Below, in pieces: positions 1-8,056 of a stretch of DNA of 29,078 nucleotides (position 1 is the first letter of the stretch; every line of letters starts with the position of its first letter). Under the pieces are notes generated by a model, which did not search any database, was not told where the DNA came from, and saw only the letters and a program-made list of their open reading frames with translations. Source of the stretch: a virus (taxonomy: Duplodnaviria > Caudoviricetes); the IMG/VR virus record IMGVR_UViG_3300037419_000157, positions 1 through 29,078 of that record. One strand, written 5' to 3'. Made by a program: the position numbers and the translations under genes.

Positions 1-501
1 TCGCCGTATTTCAGAAACTTCCGTCCGTTCCCACTAGGCATGATGAACCTAGTGAAGAAGGACAAAGCCGGTAAAATCATCGATTGCGAGACGTTGTATC
101 TTGAAAGACAGCCCAACCGCCTTACACAACAGGGCCTGATTAAGTCGATGATCTATATCTCTCCTGTTAATGCAGCGATGTCTCGTCCGCCGTCACCGGT
201 CAACTACGGCTTCGATATATGGTCTGAGGATTTCCATGACTGTATCATGGGGATTTATCCTTCCATCGATACCTGTCTCAGCAAGCTTCGTGATACGAAT
301 TTCTGTAACGAGGCGGCAGCCTTTGATCGGTATTTCGCCATCGTTAAGGGACCGATTGGGATGCTATTTCTGTCGTATAAGGGAGACATTGTGGGTCTTC
401 TGGATAACAACAATCTGTCGTCGGTTACTATCGACAGTGACTTCAAATATACCAGAGAGGCAGTATCCGACCTGAAGGTCTTTAATACTATCAAGGGCTG
501 A
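1..501 (+). CDS. Conserved phage protein of the amidoligase/ATP-grasp cluster, probably 5'-truncated by the window
   Basis: Frame 1 is open from base 1 (SPYFRNFRPFPLGMMN...), so the ATG at 40 is probably internal. The PLGMMN...YLERQPNRLTQQGL pattern resembles hypothetical proteins next to phage amidoligases. Confidence 0.6.
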   Translation, partial: SPYFRNFRPFPLGMMNLVKKDKAGKIIDCETLYLERQPNRLTQQGLIKSMIYISPVNAAMSRPPSPVNYGFDIWSEDFHDCIMGIYPSIDTCLSKLRDTNFCNEAAAFDRYFAIVKGPIGMLFLSYKGDIVGLLDNNNLSSVTIDSDFKYTREAVSDLKVFNTIKG

Positions 502-518
502 TTGGCACCCGGTGCCAA
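502..518. promoter_or_regulatory. Perfect 17-bp palindrome TTGGCACC-C-GGTGCCAA (operator or RNA hairpin)
   Basis: 8-bp arms around a 1-nt centre, in the short intergenic gap before the amidoligase RBS. Confidence 0.4.
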
Positions 519-540
519 AGATTAGGAAAAGGAAAGAACA

Positions 541-1653
541 GTGAGTCGCGATATCTTCGTTCCCCGTTCCGCTCAAGAAATTCCGGGACTTAACATAGCA
601 TTCATGCTCGGACTGAAGGACAAGGCCCTTCAGAAAGGGGAGGTAGGCATCGAAATTGAAATCGAAGGGAAGAACCTTCCCGGTGTGACGATGACAGGTC
701 CGCCTGAGCCGTGGATGTATAAAGCCGATCATTCTCTACGCGGAGAGGAAAATGGAGAATACGTCCTATCAAGGGCAATCGATCTTTCGGAAGTCCCTCA
801 GGCGTTGAATAAACTGTGGGACTGTTTTGAGACGGTTAAGACGAAGTTCGATGACTCCAACCGGACTTCAGTCCATATCCATCTTAATTGTCAGAGATGG
901 CATATGAACCGGCTGGCCTCATTCGCAGCACTTCACTTCATTCTAGAGGATGTACTGACTGAGTGGTGCGGGGAGCATCGTGTCGGGAATCTATTCTGTC
1001 TCCGTGCGAAGGACGCTGAGGCTATCATTACGTGGTTGAAGAAGTTCATCCAGTATGACGGCATGAGAGAACTTCCCGATGGATTGCATTACTCTGGATT
1101 TAATGTCCAATCGCTCCCGAAGTTCGGTTCGGTGGAAATTCGAACTCTTCGTGGGGTGTCAAATCCGAACGTCATTCAAGACTGGATTAAGATTTACGAG
1201 CGACTTTATAACCTATCGAAAGATTTCAAGGACCCAACTGAAATCTGCGACTGGTTCTCGGCAGAAGGTCCAACGGCGTTCTTCGAGCGGGTTCTTGGCC
1301 CGGTAGCAGGACTTGTGAGAAACGGTGTCGCTATGACGACCGAGGAAATCGCAGACAGTATGTATGCAGGAGTCCGTCGTGCTCAGGATATCTGTTTCTG
1401 TCGGGATTGGTCGCTATTCAAGACCCTTGATGTTTCCGACAACCCATTCGGTCTCAGTAAGAAGAAGCTAATTGAGAAGGCTTTGGCTGCAAGCGGTTTC
1501 GCTGAAATCGAAGATTCGTCGACAGGACTCGAACAACCGATTTATGACGGGTATGATGAGCTTCAGCCCACTGATTTCCCTCCTAGTTCTTCTGAAAATT
1601 TGAATTCGTATTGGACTTCCTTTATCGGTTCCGGAGGAAGTTCATGGAACTAG
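541..1653 (+). CDS. Putative amidoligase (COOH-NH2 ligase, phiEco32-like amidoligase type 2)
   Basis: GIEIEIE, DHSLR..NGEYV, SVHIHLN and SVEIRTL motifs of the glutamine-synthetase-like amidoligase fold. GTG start after AAGGAAAG. Acidic C-terminal tail. Confidence 0.85.
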   Translation: MSRDIFVPRSAQEIPGLNIAFMLGLKDKALQKGEVGIEIEIEGKNLPGVTMTGPPEPWMYKADHSLRGEENGEYVLSRAIDLSEVPQALNKLWDCFETVKTKFDDSNRTSVHIHLNCQRWHMNRLASFAALHFILEDVLTEWCGEHRVGNLFCLRAKDAEAIITWLKKFIQYDGMRELPDGLHYSGFNVQSLPKFGSVEIRTLRGVSNPNVIQDWIKIYERLYNLSKDFKDPTEICDWFSAEGPTAFFERVLGPVAGLVRNGVAMTTEEIADSMYAGVRRAQDICFCRDWSLFKTLDVSDNPFGLSKKKLIEKALAASGFAEIEDSSTGLEQPIYDGYDELQPTDFPPSSSENLNSYWTSFIGSGGSSWN

Positions 1654-1676
1654 GAACCAAATAGATGGAGTGTGAA

Positions 1677-2615
1677 ATGACACAGAATAGGTTTTGGGTA
1701 TTTCCGTATGCACAGGGTTCAGAAGGCGCGAAGCTTCTTGCCGAAGAACTTTCTTGCAAACGTATCCTTCGTGAAGGCTCGACATTCAAGAAGAAGCCGG
1801 AGGATGTCGTAATCAACTGGGGTGCTTCGGACTGTCCGGCGAAGTATGACGCCCTTAACAAGAACATCAAGGGCATCCTGAATAAGAAGACGTTCTTCGA
1901 GCGTCTGGCGGGAACCGGCCTGACTCCGGCATTCGCTACGAATAAGCTGGATGCAGCTGACAATCTCGGGTTCCCGATTTTCTGCCGGACGAAGCTGGAA
2001 GGCAAGGACGGTGAAGGTATCGTTATCGCCGAGAAGTTCAGTCAGCTTGTTGAGGCGAAACTCTATACGCAGTACGAGGACAAGACGTCCGAATATCGTA
2101 TCCATGTCGGTCGTGGTCCGACGGGATACACCGTCATCGGTGCCCAGAAGAAGGTAAAGAAGACAGTTCCAGACGGTCCAAATGTATCGCCTGACTCCCG
2201 AATTATGACGGGCGACGGTGTCGGGTTCGTCTGGACGATTAACGGTCAAGCGGCCCACATTCCGACACCGGTATTGGATGTTGTAAAGAAGGCGTTCGAG
2301 AAGTTCCCCGAACTCGACTTCGCGGCGTTCGACGTCATCTTCAACAATTCTACCGGCAAGGCTTACGTCCTTGAAGCGAATTCCGCGCCGATGGGAACAA
2401 CGGAGACAATGAAGCGTTATGCAAAGTTCTTCCGATCACTATATCCAAATGCTGTCTCTGGCGGCTCGGAGGGAGCAGGAGCAGCGACGACAGCAAGTCC
2501 GACTGTTCAGGCACCTACGACAAATCCAACCCCTTCAAACTTCCCTGCAATCACAGTAGAGCAGGTGAAGGCTGCTACGGTGATTATCGATGCGTTCATC
2601 CAGCAGCACGGCTAA
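1677..2615 (+). CDS. ATP-grasp peptide ligase (phiEco32/YheC-D-like)
   Basis: VINWG, NKKTFF, GxDGEGI, EYRIHV, FAAFDVI and YVLEANSAP motifs. ATG at 1677 follows GGAG (the ORF track starts at 1665). Ala/Thr/Pro linker near the C-terminus. Confidence 0.85.
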   Translation: MTQNRFWVFPYAQGSEGAKLLAEELSCKRILREGSTFKKKPEDVVINWGASDCPAKYDALNKNIKGILNKKTFFERLAGTGLTPAFATNKLDAADNLGFPIFCRTKLEGKDGEGIVIAEKFSQLVEAKLYTQYEDKTSEYRIHVGRGPTGYTVIGAQKKVKKTVPDGPNVSPDSRIMTGDGVGFVWTINGQAAHIPTPVLDVVKKAFEKFPELDFAAFDVIFNNSTGKAYVLEANSAPMGTTETMKRYAKFFRSLYPNAVSGGSEGAGAATTASPTVQAPTTNPTPSNFPAITVEQVKAATVIIDAFIQQHG

Positions 2616-2778
2616 GGTCGTAGTTTCTGGTATGTCAGGGGTCGAGGCAGACAGGGTTCTGTCTCGACTTCTACATATGCAGAAAGTCGGTCTTCTCTCG
2701 AAGGAGATTGTCGTTGAAAGAACAGATACCAGCGCTGCTGATGAAAGCGTTCGATTACATACCTATGGAGGTCTTTGA
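2590..2778 (+). CDS. Small hypothetical protein
   Basis: Fills the gap between neighbours and overlaps the next ORF at TTGATG. The start could be 2590 or 2632. Confidence 0.45.
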   Translation: MRSSSSTAKVVVSGMSGVEADRVLSRLLHMQKVGLLSKEIVVERTDTSAADESVRLHTYGGL

Positions 2779-3065
2779 TGCAAACCCTCAGGATGGAAGT
2801 AGAGACTTGCCCCTGTCCTATATGTCGATCAGACATGGCGTACATATATCCGTGCGAAAGCCCAGTAGAACTAGCGGTAACAATGGTGATTTCGGATGTT
2901 CCATGTCCGCCTTACGTCAAGGAGATGAATAGTGGCCCCAAGAAATCCGTCGGAACTGCAACGACAGGAGGACATGAAGACAGAACTTCAAGACCTTCGC
3001 CAGAGGATAAAGAATCCTCTCCGTTCGAAGTCGATAAAGGAAAAGCTTCTCCGGGAAATTCGTGA
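2775..3065 (+). CDS. Hypothetical Cys-rich protein (CPCPIC...C...C)
   Basis: GGAGG RBS precedes TTG-ATG. The C-terminal part overlaps 2932..3117. Confidence 0.5.
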   Translation: MMQTLRMEVETCPCPICRSDMAYIYPCESPVELAVTMVISDVPCPPYVKEMNSGPKKSVGTATTGGHEDRTSRPSPEDKESSPFEVDKGKASPGNS

Positions 3066-3117
3066 GCTAGAGCGACAGCTCGATCTAGAACACGTCTCTT
3101 ATAACAAAGGAATATGA
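2932..3117 (+). CDS. Small coiled-coil hypothetical protein
   Basis: AAGGAG RBS before a GTG start. Charged helical sequence. Stops 1 nt before the next ATG. Confidence 0.6.
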   Translation: MAPRNPSELQRQEDMKTELQDLRQRIKNPLRSKSIKEKLLREIRELERQLDLEHVSYNKGI

Positions 3118-3118
3118 T

Positions 3119-3466
3119 ATGTTTAGATTGAATGAAACCTATTACCTTAAGGATGGTAAGGAAGCCCGTGTAATTTGCGTAGATTCTCCGGTGATATATA
3201 ACGGAAAGAAGTGTCCTGTTATAGCCATTGTCCCGTTAGATGGAGCAACTAATCTGATAATGACTGGCATGACGCATGTCCCTTATGCCTATTCCGAAGA
3301 CGGAAAATACGTTGGAGCAGGCAATGATAAATGGGACTTAATTCCAAACGAGCCGACTCTTGAGGAAGCAGAACTCATTCGGCAGATCGGCAATATCTGC
3401 GAAGGTTCTGTAAGTAGCCGCGAAGAGGCAATGCTGAAGGTCATTCGACAGCTAAGGAAGAAGTAA
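3119..3466 (+). CDS. Conserved phage hypothetical protein
   Basis: DGKEARVICVD...PVIA...Y..DG.Y...DL pattern recurrent in phage proteins. AAGGA RBS. Confidence 0.7.
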   Translation: MFRLNETYYLKDGKEARVICVDSPVIYNGKKCPVIAIVPLDGATNLIMTGMTHVPYAYSEDGKYVGAGNDKWDLIPNEPTLEEAELIRQIGNICEGSVSSREEAMLKVIRQLRKK

Positions 3467-3612
3467 TGGGACACAAGGCATCGCCACGTAGAACCGGTGA
3501 AATGAAGAAGCAGATCGTCCGATGGCCTTTCGCATGGACGATGAAGGCTCCTAAGAAGTCCAAGTCAAGCCAGAAGCAGAAGGTGGTAGTTCATACTCCA
3601 CCTGCTTGGTAG
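3466..3612 (+). CDS. 48-aa basic hypothetical protein (not in the ORF track)
   Basis: TAATG coupling to the upstream stop. Translates MGHKASPRRTGEMKKQIVRWPFAWTMKAPKKSKSSQKQKVVVHTPPAW. Confidence 0.5.
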   Translation: MGHKASPRRTGEMKKQIVRWPFAWTMKAPKKSKSSQKQKVVVHTPPAW

Positions 3613-3618
3613 GTGCTT

Positions 3619-3738
3619 ATGAAAAGCAAGGAAACCTTCTCAGAAAAGCTTAGGCGTTGGACCAAGGAAGCTGTCACTCAATCTGATAAGGATTGGTATT
3701 CCCAGCAAGCAGATTTGTGGGATCAGCATTACAAGTAA
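3619..3738 (+). CDS. 39-aa hypothetical protein (not in the ORF track)
   Basis: AGGTG RBS then ATG. Translates MKSKETFSEKLRRWTKEAVTQSDKDWYSQQADLWDQHYK. Confidence 0.5.
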   Translation: MKSKETFSEKLRRWTKEAVTQSDKDWYSQQADLWDQHYK

Positions 3739-3799
3739 GTTAGTAACCATCCGGGCGGGATGCGTATGAAGGCCCGCCATAGCAAGAAGGAGTCACGAT

Positions 3800-4021
3800 A
3801 TGCGTTGTCATATCTGTGATCGGCTCTTGGACGAGCCGAAAATCGACCCAGACATCGGTGAATTCGACCCCTGTGACGTCTGTATGGCGGTCATTCAGGA
3901 CACGTTGAACGGTTACACCGAAAAGCCCATGGCCGCCGAGGATGACCTCGGTATCGACCCGCTATGGGATGAACTCTTCCCCCCCACCGTAGACCCCTTT
4001 GAGACCGAAGAAAATACTTGA
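3800..4021 (+). CDS. Small zinc-finger protein with acidic tail
   Basis: CHIC...CDVC motifs. Strong AAGGAG RBS. Lies directly upstream of the primase. Confidence 0.75.
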   Translation: MRCHICDRLLDEPKIDPDIGEFDPCDVCMAVIQDTLNGYTEKPMAAEDDLGIDPLWDELFPPTVDPFETEENT

Positions 4022-4045
4022 CAATCTTGAGAAAGAGGGTATAAT
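4018..4045 (+). promoter_or_regulatory. Consensus sigma70 promoter
   Basis: TTGACA (4018-4023), 16-nt spacer, TATAAT (4040-4045), upstream of the primase-helicase. Confidence 0.85.
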
Positions 4046-4096
4046 ATCCTTATAGGTTGCAAGCGGTAAACTATATACCCCCCTGAAGGAGACTAG

Positions 4097-5758
4097 TTGA
4101 ACAGCCAATTCGTTAAGCATGGACCTTGCGAGGTATGCGGGTCCTCAGACGCCGTGGGGTGGTATTCAGACGGTCATGGAGTATGCTTCTCCTGCAACCG
4201 CTACTACCCCACCTATGATCCTAAAATAGAAGAGACAAGGTTATTGTCCGAAACACAACCACTTCAGAAAACAATCACTCCACTTACTAATGTCTTCCGA
4301 GCGCTGCCTAAGCGCGGTCTTCCAGAAGACGCAGTCCGTAAGTATGGAATTGATGTCTGTGTCGATCCAGATACAGACATCGCTCACCGCTATCCGTTCT
4401 TCCGTGACGGACAGCATGTCGCCAACCAAGTCCGAAAGAGAAGCCAGAAAGGTTTTTATTGGGAAGGAGACCCAAGAGGTGCAGAACTATTTGGCCAGCA
4501 TCTTTTTCCGAAGGGAGGACGGGCAATCACTGTCTGTGAGGGTGCCTTGGACGCCCCCTCCGCGTGGGTTCTTCTTGGTAGTCGTTATCCTGTCGTCTCT
4601 GTCATTTCTGCTGCCGGGGCATTCGAGCAATGCAAGGCACAGTACGAGTATCTCGACAGCTTTGAAGAAATAGTCCTTTGCTTCGATAACGACGAAGGGA
4701 AGAGGCGTCCGGACGGGACGGTTTATTATCCCGGTCAGGAAGCAGCTAAGAAAGTAGCGGAGTTATTCGCTCCCGGTAAGGCTCGTATCCTTACACTCCA
4801 AGAAGGGAAGGACCCGAATGAGTATCGGCAGAAGGGCATCGATTCGAAGATATTCGTCAACGAATGGTATCGGGCACCGAAATTCAAGCCAGACGGCCTT
4901 ATACCCGGCACGGACATGTGGGATCGAATTGTCAATCGGCCCTCACACTTCCAGACACCGTATCCGTTTTCCGGACTTAATAAGCTTACTTATGGAATTC
5001 GACTCTCTGAATTCGTTGTTATCAATGCACAAACAGGCGTCGGTAAGACTTCTCTTCTGAAGGAAATCGAGTATGCTATCCTCACTAATCCCGAAGTTTG
5101 TGAAAAGGGATACGGAGTTGGCTTTCTCCATCTGGAAGAGCTGGACTCTGACTTGGCCTTGGGTCTCATGTCAATTCATGCGAACAAGCGATTTGGTCTT
5201 CCCGACACTGAAGCAAGTAAAGAGGAACTACTCAAAGCTTACAATGACGTCGTCAACACGCCGCGTGTCATTATTTACGACCACTTCGGTTCAAACGAAA
5301 TCGACGCCATCGTGGCTAAGGTTCGTCACATGGCGGCTCTTGGATGTAAGTATATCGTTCTCGACCACTTGAGTATCGTCGTATCTGACCAATCCGGTGA
5401 CGAAAGGAAACAGCTTGATGAGATATCTACCAAGCTTAAAACCCTTTGTATGGAAGCCAACATCGCGCTTGTCGCTGTCATACATCAGAACCGACAGGGA
5501 CAAATTCGTGGCACTGCGGGTGTCGAACAGTTGGCGAATATTGTTCTACGCTTGGAGCGCGATCTCTGCGCCGCAGACGCGTGGCGTAGAAATGTCACTA
5601 AGGTATGGGTCGAGAAAAATAGGTTTTGTGGCCGAACGGGTCCTGCTTCGTGGTTGTTCTACGACGACATCACGGGCAGGATGCAAGAACTCGACGAAGT
5701 CGCGGTCACGAAGTATGAAGAAGGGTTGACGATCAATGACTCAGACATCCCATTTTAA
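4097..5758 (+). CDS. DNA primase-helicase (T7 gp4-like)
   Basis: Zn finger CEVC..CFSC. TOPRIM motifs VCEGALDA, CFDND and KDPNE. SF4 helicase motifs QTGVGKTS, IVLDHL, IRG and KNRF. TTG start after AAGGAG. Confidence 0.95.
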   Translation: MNSQFVKHGPCEVCGSSDAVGWYSDGHGVCFSCNRYYPTYDPKIEETRLLSETQPLQKTITPLTNVFRALPKRGLPEDAVRKYGIDVCVDPDTDIAHRYPFFRDGQHVANQVRKRSQKGFYWEGDPRGAELFGQHLFPKGGRAITVCEGALDAPSAWVLLGSRYPVVSVISAAGAFEQCKAQYEYLDSFEEIVLCFDNDEGKRRPDGTVYYPGQEAAKKVAELFAPGKARILTLQEGKDPNEYRQKGIDSKIFVNEWYRAPKFKPDGLIPGTDMWDRIVNRPSHFQTPYPFSGLNKLTYGIRLSEFVVINAQTGVGKTSLLKEIEYAILTNPEVCEKGYGVGFLHLEELDSDLALGLMSIHANKRFGLPDTEASKEELLKAYNDVVNTPRVIIYDHFGSNEIDAIVAKVRHMAALGCKYIVLDHLSIVVSDQSGDERKQLDEISTKLKTLCMEANIALVAVIHQNRQGQIRGTAGVEQLANIVLRLERDLCAADAWRRNVTKVWVEKNRFCGRTGPASWLFYDDITGRMQELDEVAVTKYEEGLTINDSDIPF

Positions 5759-5951
5759 AGAGTGGTCCGGCGGCCTTAATAAACATGAATATGAGTTTCT
5801 GACAGATACTTGGGACGGGCCTAAGGGCGCAGCATATAATGCTTGCTATGAATTCTGTCGCGATTTTGGTTGGTGCGATCAAGAAGGAAATCCCACTTCT
5901 GCCGGACATCGAGCCATTCAGGAATATGAAATGGAGAAATGGAACATTTAA
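5736..5951 (+). CDS. Hypothetical protein
   Basis: Overlaps the primase end and is coupled by TAATG to the next ORF. Confidence 0.55.
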   Translation: MTQTSHFKEWSGGLNKHEYEFLTDTWDGPKGAAYNACYEFCRDFGWCDQEGNPTSAGHRAIQEYEMEKWNI

Positions 5952-6142
5952 TGAATATCCCTCTAGCTAAGGCGCTGGCAATTATCGACCAGCACAGAGG
6001 AGAAATCCTCAAAGAGAGAAAGCAGCATTTGAAGGGAACCGACGGATACACTTCTCTTAGTCGGAGACTTGACTTGCTCAACCGACTGAAGAAGGAGTTT
6101 TCCAATCTACCTGACACCGACCAAATCCCACTGGGCCTGTGA
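5951..6142 (+). CDS. Hypothetical helical protein
   Basis: TAATG coupling suggests a start at 5951 (the track gives 5939). Overlaps the polymerase 5' end. Confidence 0.55.
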   Translation: MNIPLAKALAIIDQHRGEILKERKQHLKGTDGYTSLSRRLDLLNRLKKEFSNLPDTDQIPLGL

Positions 6143-7988
6143 TATCGAAGCAGACAACCTGCTCGATAAGGCTACGAGGATATGGTGTGTCTGCGTAGAA
6201 AACGTCCTGACAGGAGAGAAACATGAGTTCGCGAATGCGAAGGACTTTAAAAATTGGTTGCCAAGTGGCTGCATTCTTGTCGGGCATAACTTCATTGCTT
6301 ATGATCTGGTTATGCTCAATCGCCATTGGAAGACCTCTATTGGTGTCGGCTCAGTGGTTGATACATTTGTTCTTAGTCAGCTTTACAATCCAAGTTATTC
6401 AGGCGGGCATTCTCTTGAAGCTTGGGGTGAGCGACTAGGTCATCCGAAAACAGAACACGAGGACTTCTCATGTCTTACTCGCGAAATGTTAGAATACTGC
6501 GCCAACGATACCTCGCTGACGGCAATCTTGTTTTGCCGCCTATCTCAGCGTATGCGACAGTATTCGTTTACGGAGCATGGCGCAGAGATAGAGCATCTTG
6601 CTTGGAACATCGTCCAGAACAAACAGAGGCGTAACGGTTTCCCGTTCGACTACAAGCGGGCACACGAACTCTACACGACACTCCGTGAGCGTGAGGAAAA
6701 ATTAAGGAAGGAAATTCATGAGTTATGGCCACCTAGACTCATCCCGGTTGGAGAGTATAAATCGGGTCTTAAGCGCGATGGAAGCCACAATGCTCAGTAT
6801 CTCCGACATAAGGAACAGTTCCCGAAACTCGAATGGCTGGACGACGGAAGATATCGGGCGTATGATTGGGTTGAGTTTAACCTTGGAAGTCCGAAGCAAA
6901 GAATTGAGAAACTTCTTGAGCTAGGATGGGAGCCAACTCAGTTCACTAAGCGGACACCACAAGGAGGCGGAGGCAATCCGAAGGTCGATGAAGACAGTCT
7001 TATCGCATTCGCAGAGAGTTCGGGTAAGGCAGAAATCGCTGCTCTCGCGAAATGGATCGTTATTAACTCACGAGCAAATATGGTTGCCACATGGATGGAT
7101 GCCTACAGACCCGACACTAAGGCAATACATGGTCGGCTCTTTATTGCGAGTACCCTCCGCTATCGGCATTCCCACCCTAATTCAGCTAACATCCCTGCGG
7201 TCAGAACAGAGAAAGACGAGAATGGCGAAGATCAAATCCTTCGCGGCGAAGACGGCGCGTGGACTTATGAATGTCGTGATCTGTGGACTTGTGGTGATCC
7301 TTCTCGTTGGTCTCTCGTGGGAATTGATGGAACTGGAATCCAGAATCGATGCCTTATTCACCATCTCATCTCGACTGTAGGTGAGGATGAAGTCCGTGAG
7401 TTCAAAGAATTAGCACTTCGTGGAGATATCCACAAGCATAACATCCGTGTCCTAGGACTTGCTAACAAAGCTGCGGCTAAGAAGTTCTACTACACGTTGA
7501 TGATGGGCGGACAGGGCAGGCGTCTGGCAGCAGACCAAGCCCAGTTCGGAACCAAGATGACGCCCGAAGAAGGGACTAGGCTCCGCGAGGAAATGATCGC
7601 GAGTATGCCCGGCTTCGGTAGTCTCATCGCGAGGCTGGAAGAACAGCTTCGGAAGACAGGACGCATCACGCTCTGTGATGGAACACCCATACTCGTCCCC
7701 TCCCCCCACATGGCTATCCCCTACCTTCTTCAAGGGGATGAAAGCCGACTGATGAAGAAGGCTATGATCCTTGTCGATCTGGAAATCCGGAAAGCCGGGT
7801 TGCAGAAAGACGTACTGAAGGTAGCCGATATCCATGATGAGTGGCAGTTTGTAGTAAGGAACGAAGTCGTTGAGCAATTCATTCGCCTATCTCTCCCTTG
7901 TTTCCCTCGTGCTGGTGAGAGTTTCGGCTACAAGATACTTATCGAGGGTGACGCAAAGGTAGGTAAGACATGGGCAGAAACCCATTAA
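6105..7988 (+). CDS. Family A DNA polymerase with 3'-5' exonuclease (T7 gp5-like, divergent active site)
   Basis: ExoI CDIEAD (about 6138-6155) lies in frame upstream of the track's 6258 start. ExoII GHNFIAYD, ExoIII YCAND, FNLGSPKQ, motif A GIDGTGIQNR, motif B AKKFYYTLMMG, motif C IHDE and C-terminal GKTWAETH. The start at ATC 6105 is inferred. Confidence 0.92.
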   Translation: MYLTPTKSHWACDIEADNLLDKATRIWCVCVENVLTGEKHEFANAKDFKNWLPSGCILVGHNFIAYDLVMLNRHWKTSIGVGSVVDTFVLSQLYNPSYSGGHSLEAWGERLGHPKTEHEDFSCLTREMLEYCANDTSLTAILFCRLSQRMRQYSFTEHGAEIEHLAWNIVQNKQRRNGFPFDYKRAHELYTTLREREEKLRKEIHELWPPRLIPVGEYKSGLKRDGSHNAQYLRHKEQFPKLEWLDDGRYRAYDWVEFNLGSPKQRIEKLLELGWEPTQFTKRTPQGGGGNPKVDEDSLIAFAESSGKAEIAALAKWIVINSRANMVATWMDAYRPDTKAIHGRLFIASTLRYRHSHPNSANIPAVRTEKDENGEDQILRGEDGAWTYECRDLWTCGDPSRWSLVGIDGTGIQNRCLIHHLISTVGEDEVREFKELALRGDIHKHNIRVLGLANKAAAKKFYYTLMMGGQGRRLAADQAQFGTKMTPEEGTRLREEMIASMPGFGSLIARLEEQLRKTGRITLCDGTPILVPSPHMAIPYLLQGDESRLMKKAMILVDLEIRKAGLQKDVLKVADIHDEWQFVVRNEVVEQFIRLSLPCFPRAGESFGYKILIEGDAKVGKTWAETH

Positions 7989-7995
7989 ATAGTAC

Positions 7996-8023
7996 TTGAC
8001 ATCCTGTTAATATATGGTATAAT
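7996..8023 (+). promoter_or_regulatory. Consensus sigma70 promoter with extended -10
   Basis: TTGACA (7996-8001), 16-nt spacer ending TGG, TATAAT (8018-8023), upstream of the SSB gene. Confidence 0.85.
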
Positions 8024-8056
8024 ACTTCTATACCTTGTAGGTATTGTTAGGAGAAT

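Noticed and set aside
502-518. TTGGCAC as a sigma54 -24 box
   Set aside because: No TTGC -12 element at the required GG-N10-GC spacing.
6105-7988. Polymerase as pseudogene, or interrupted by an intron/intein
   Set aside because: The frame is continuous, catalytic carboxylates are intact, and there is no insertion of intein size.
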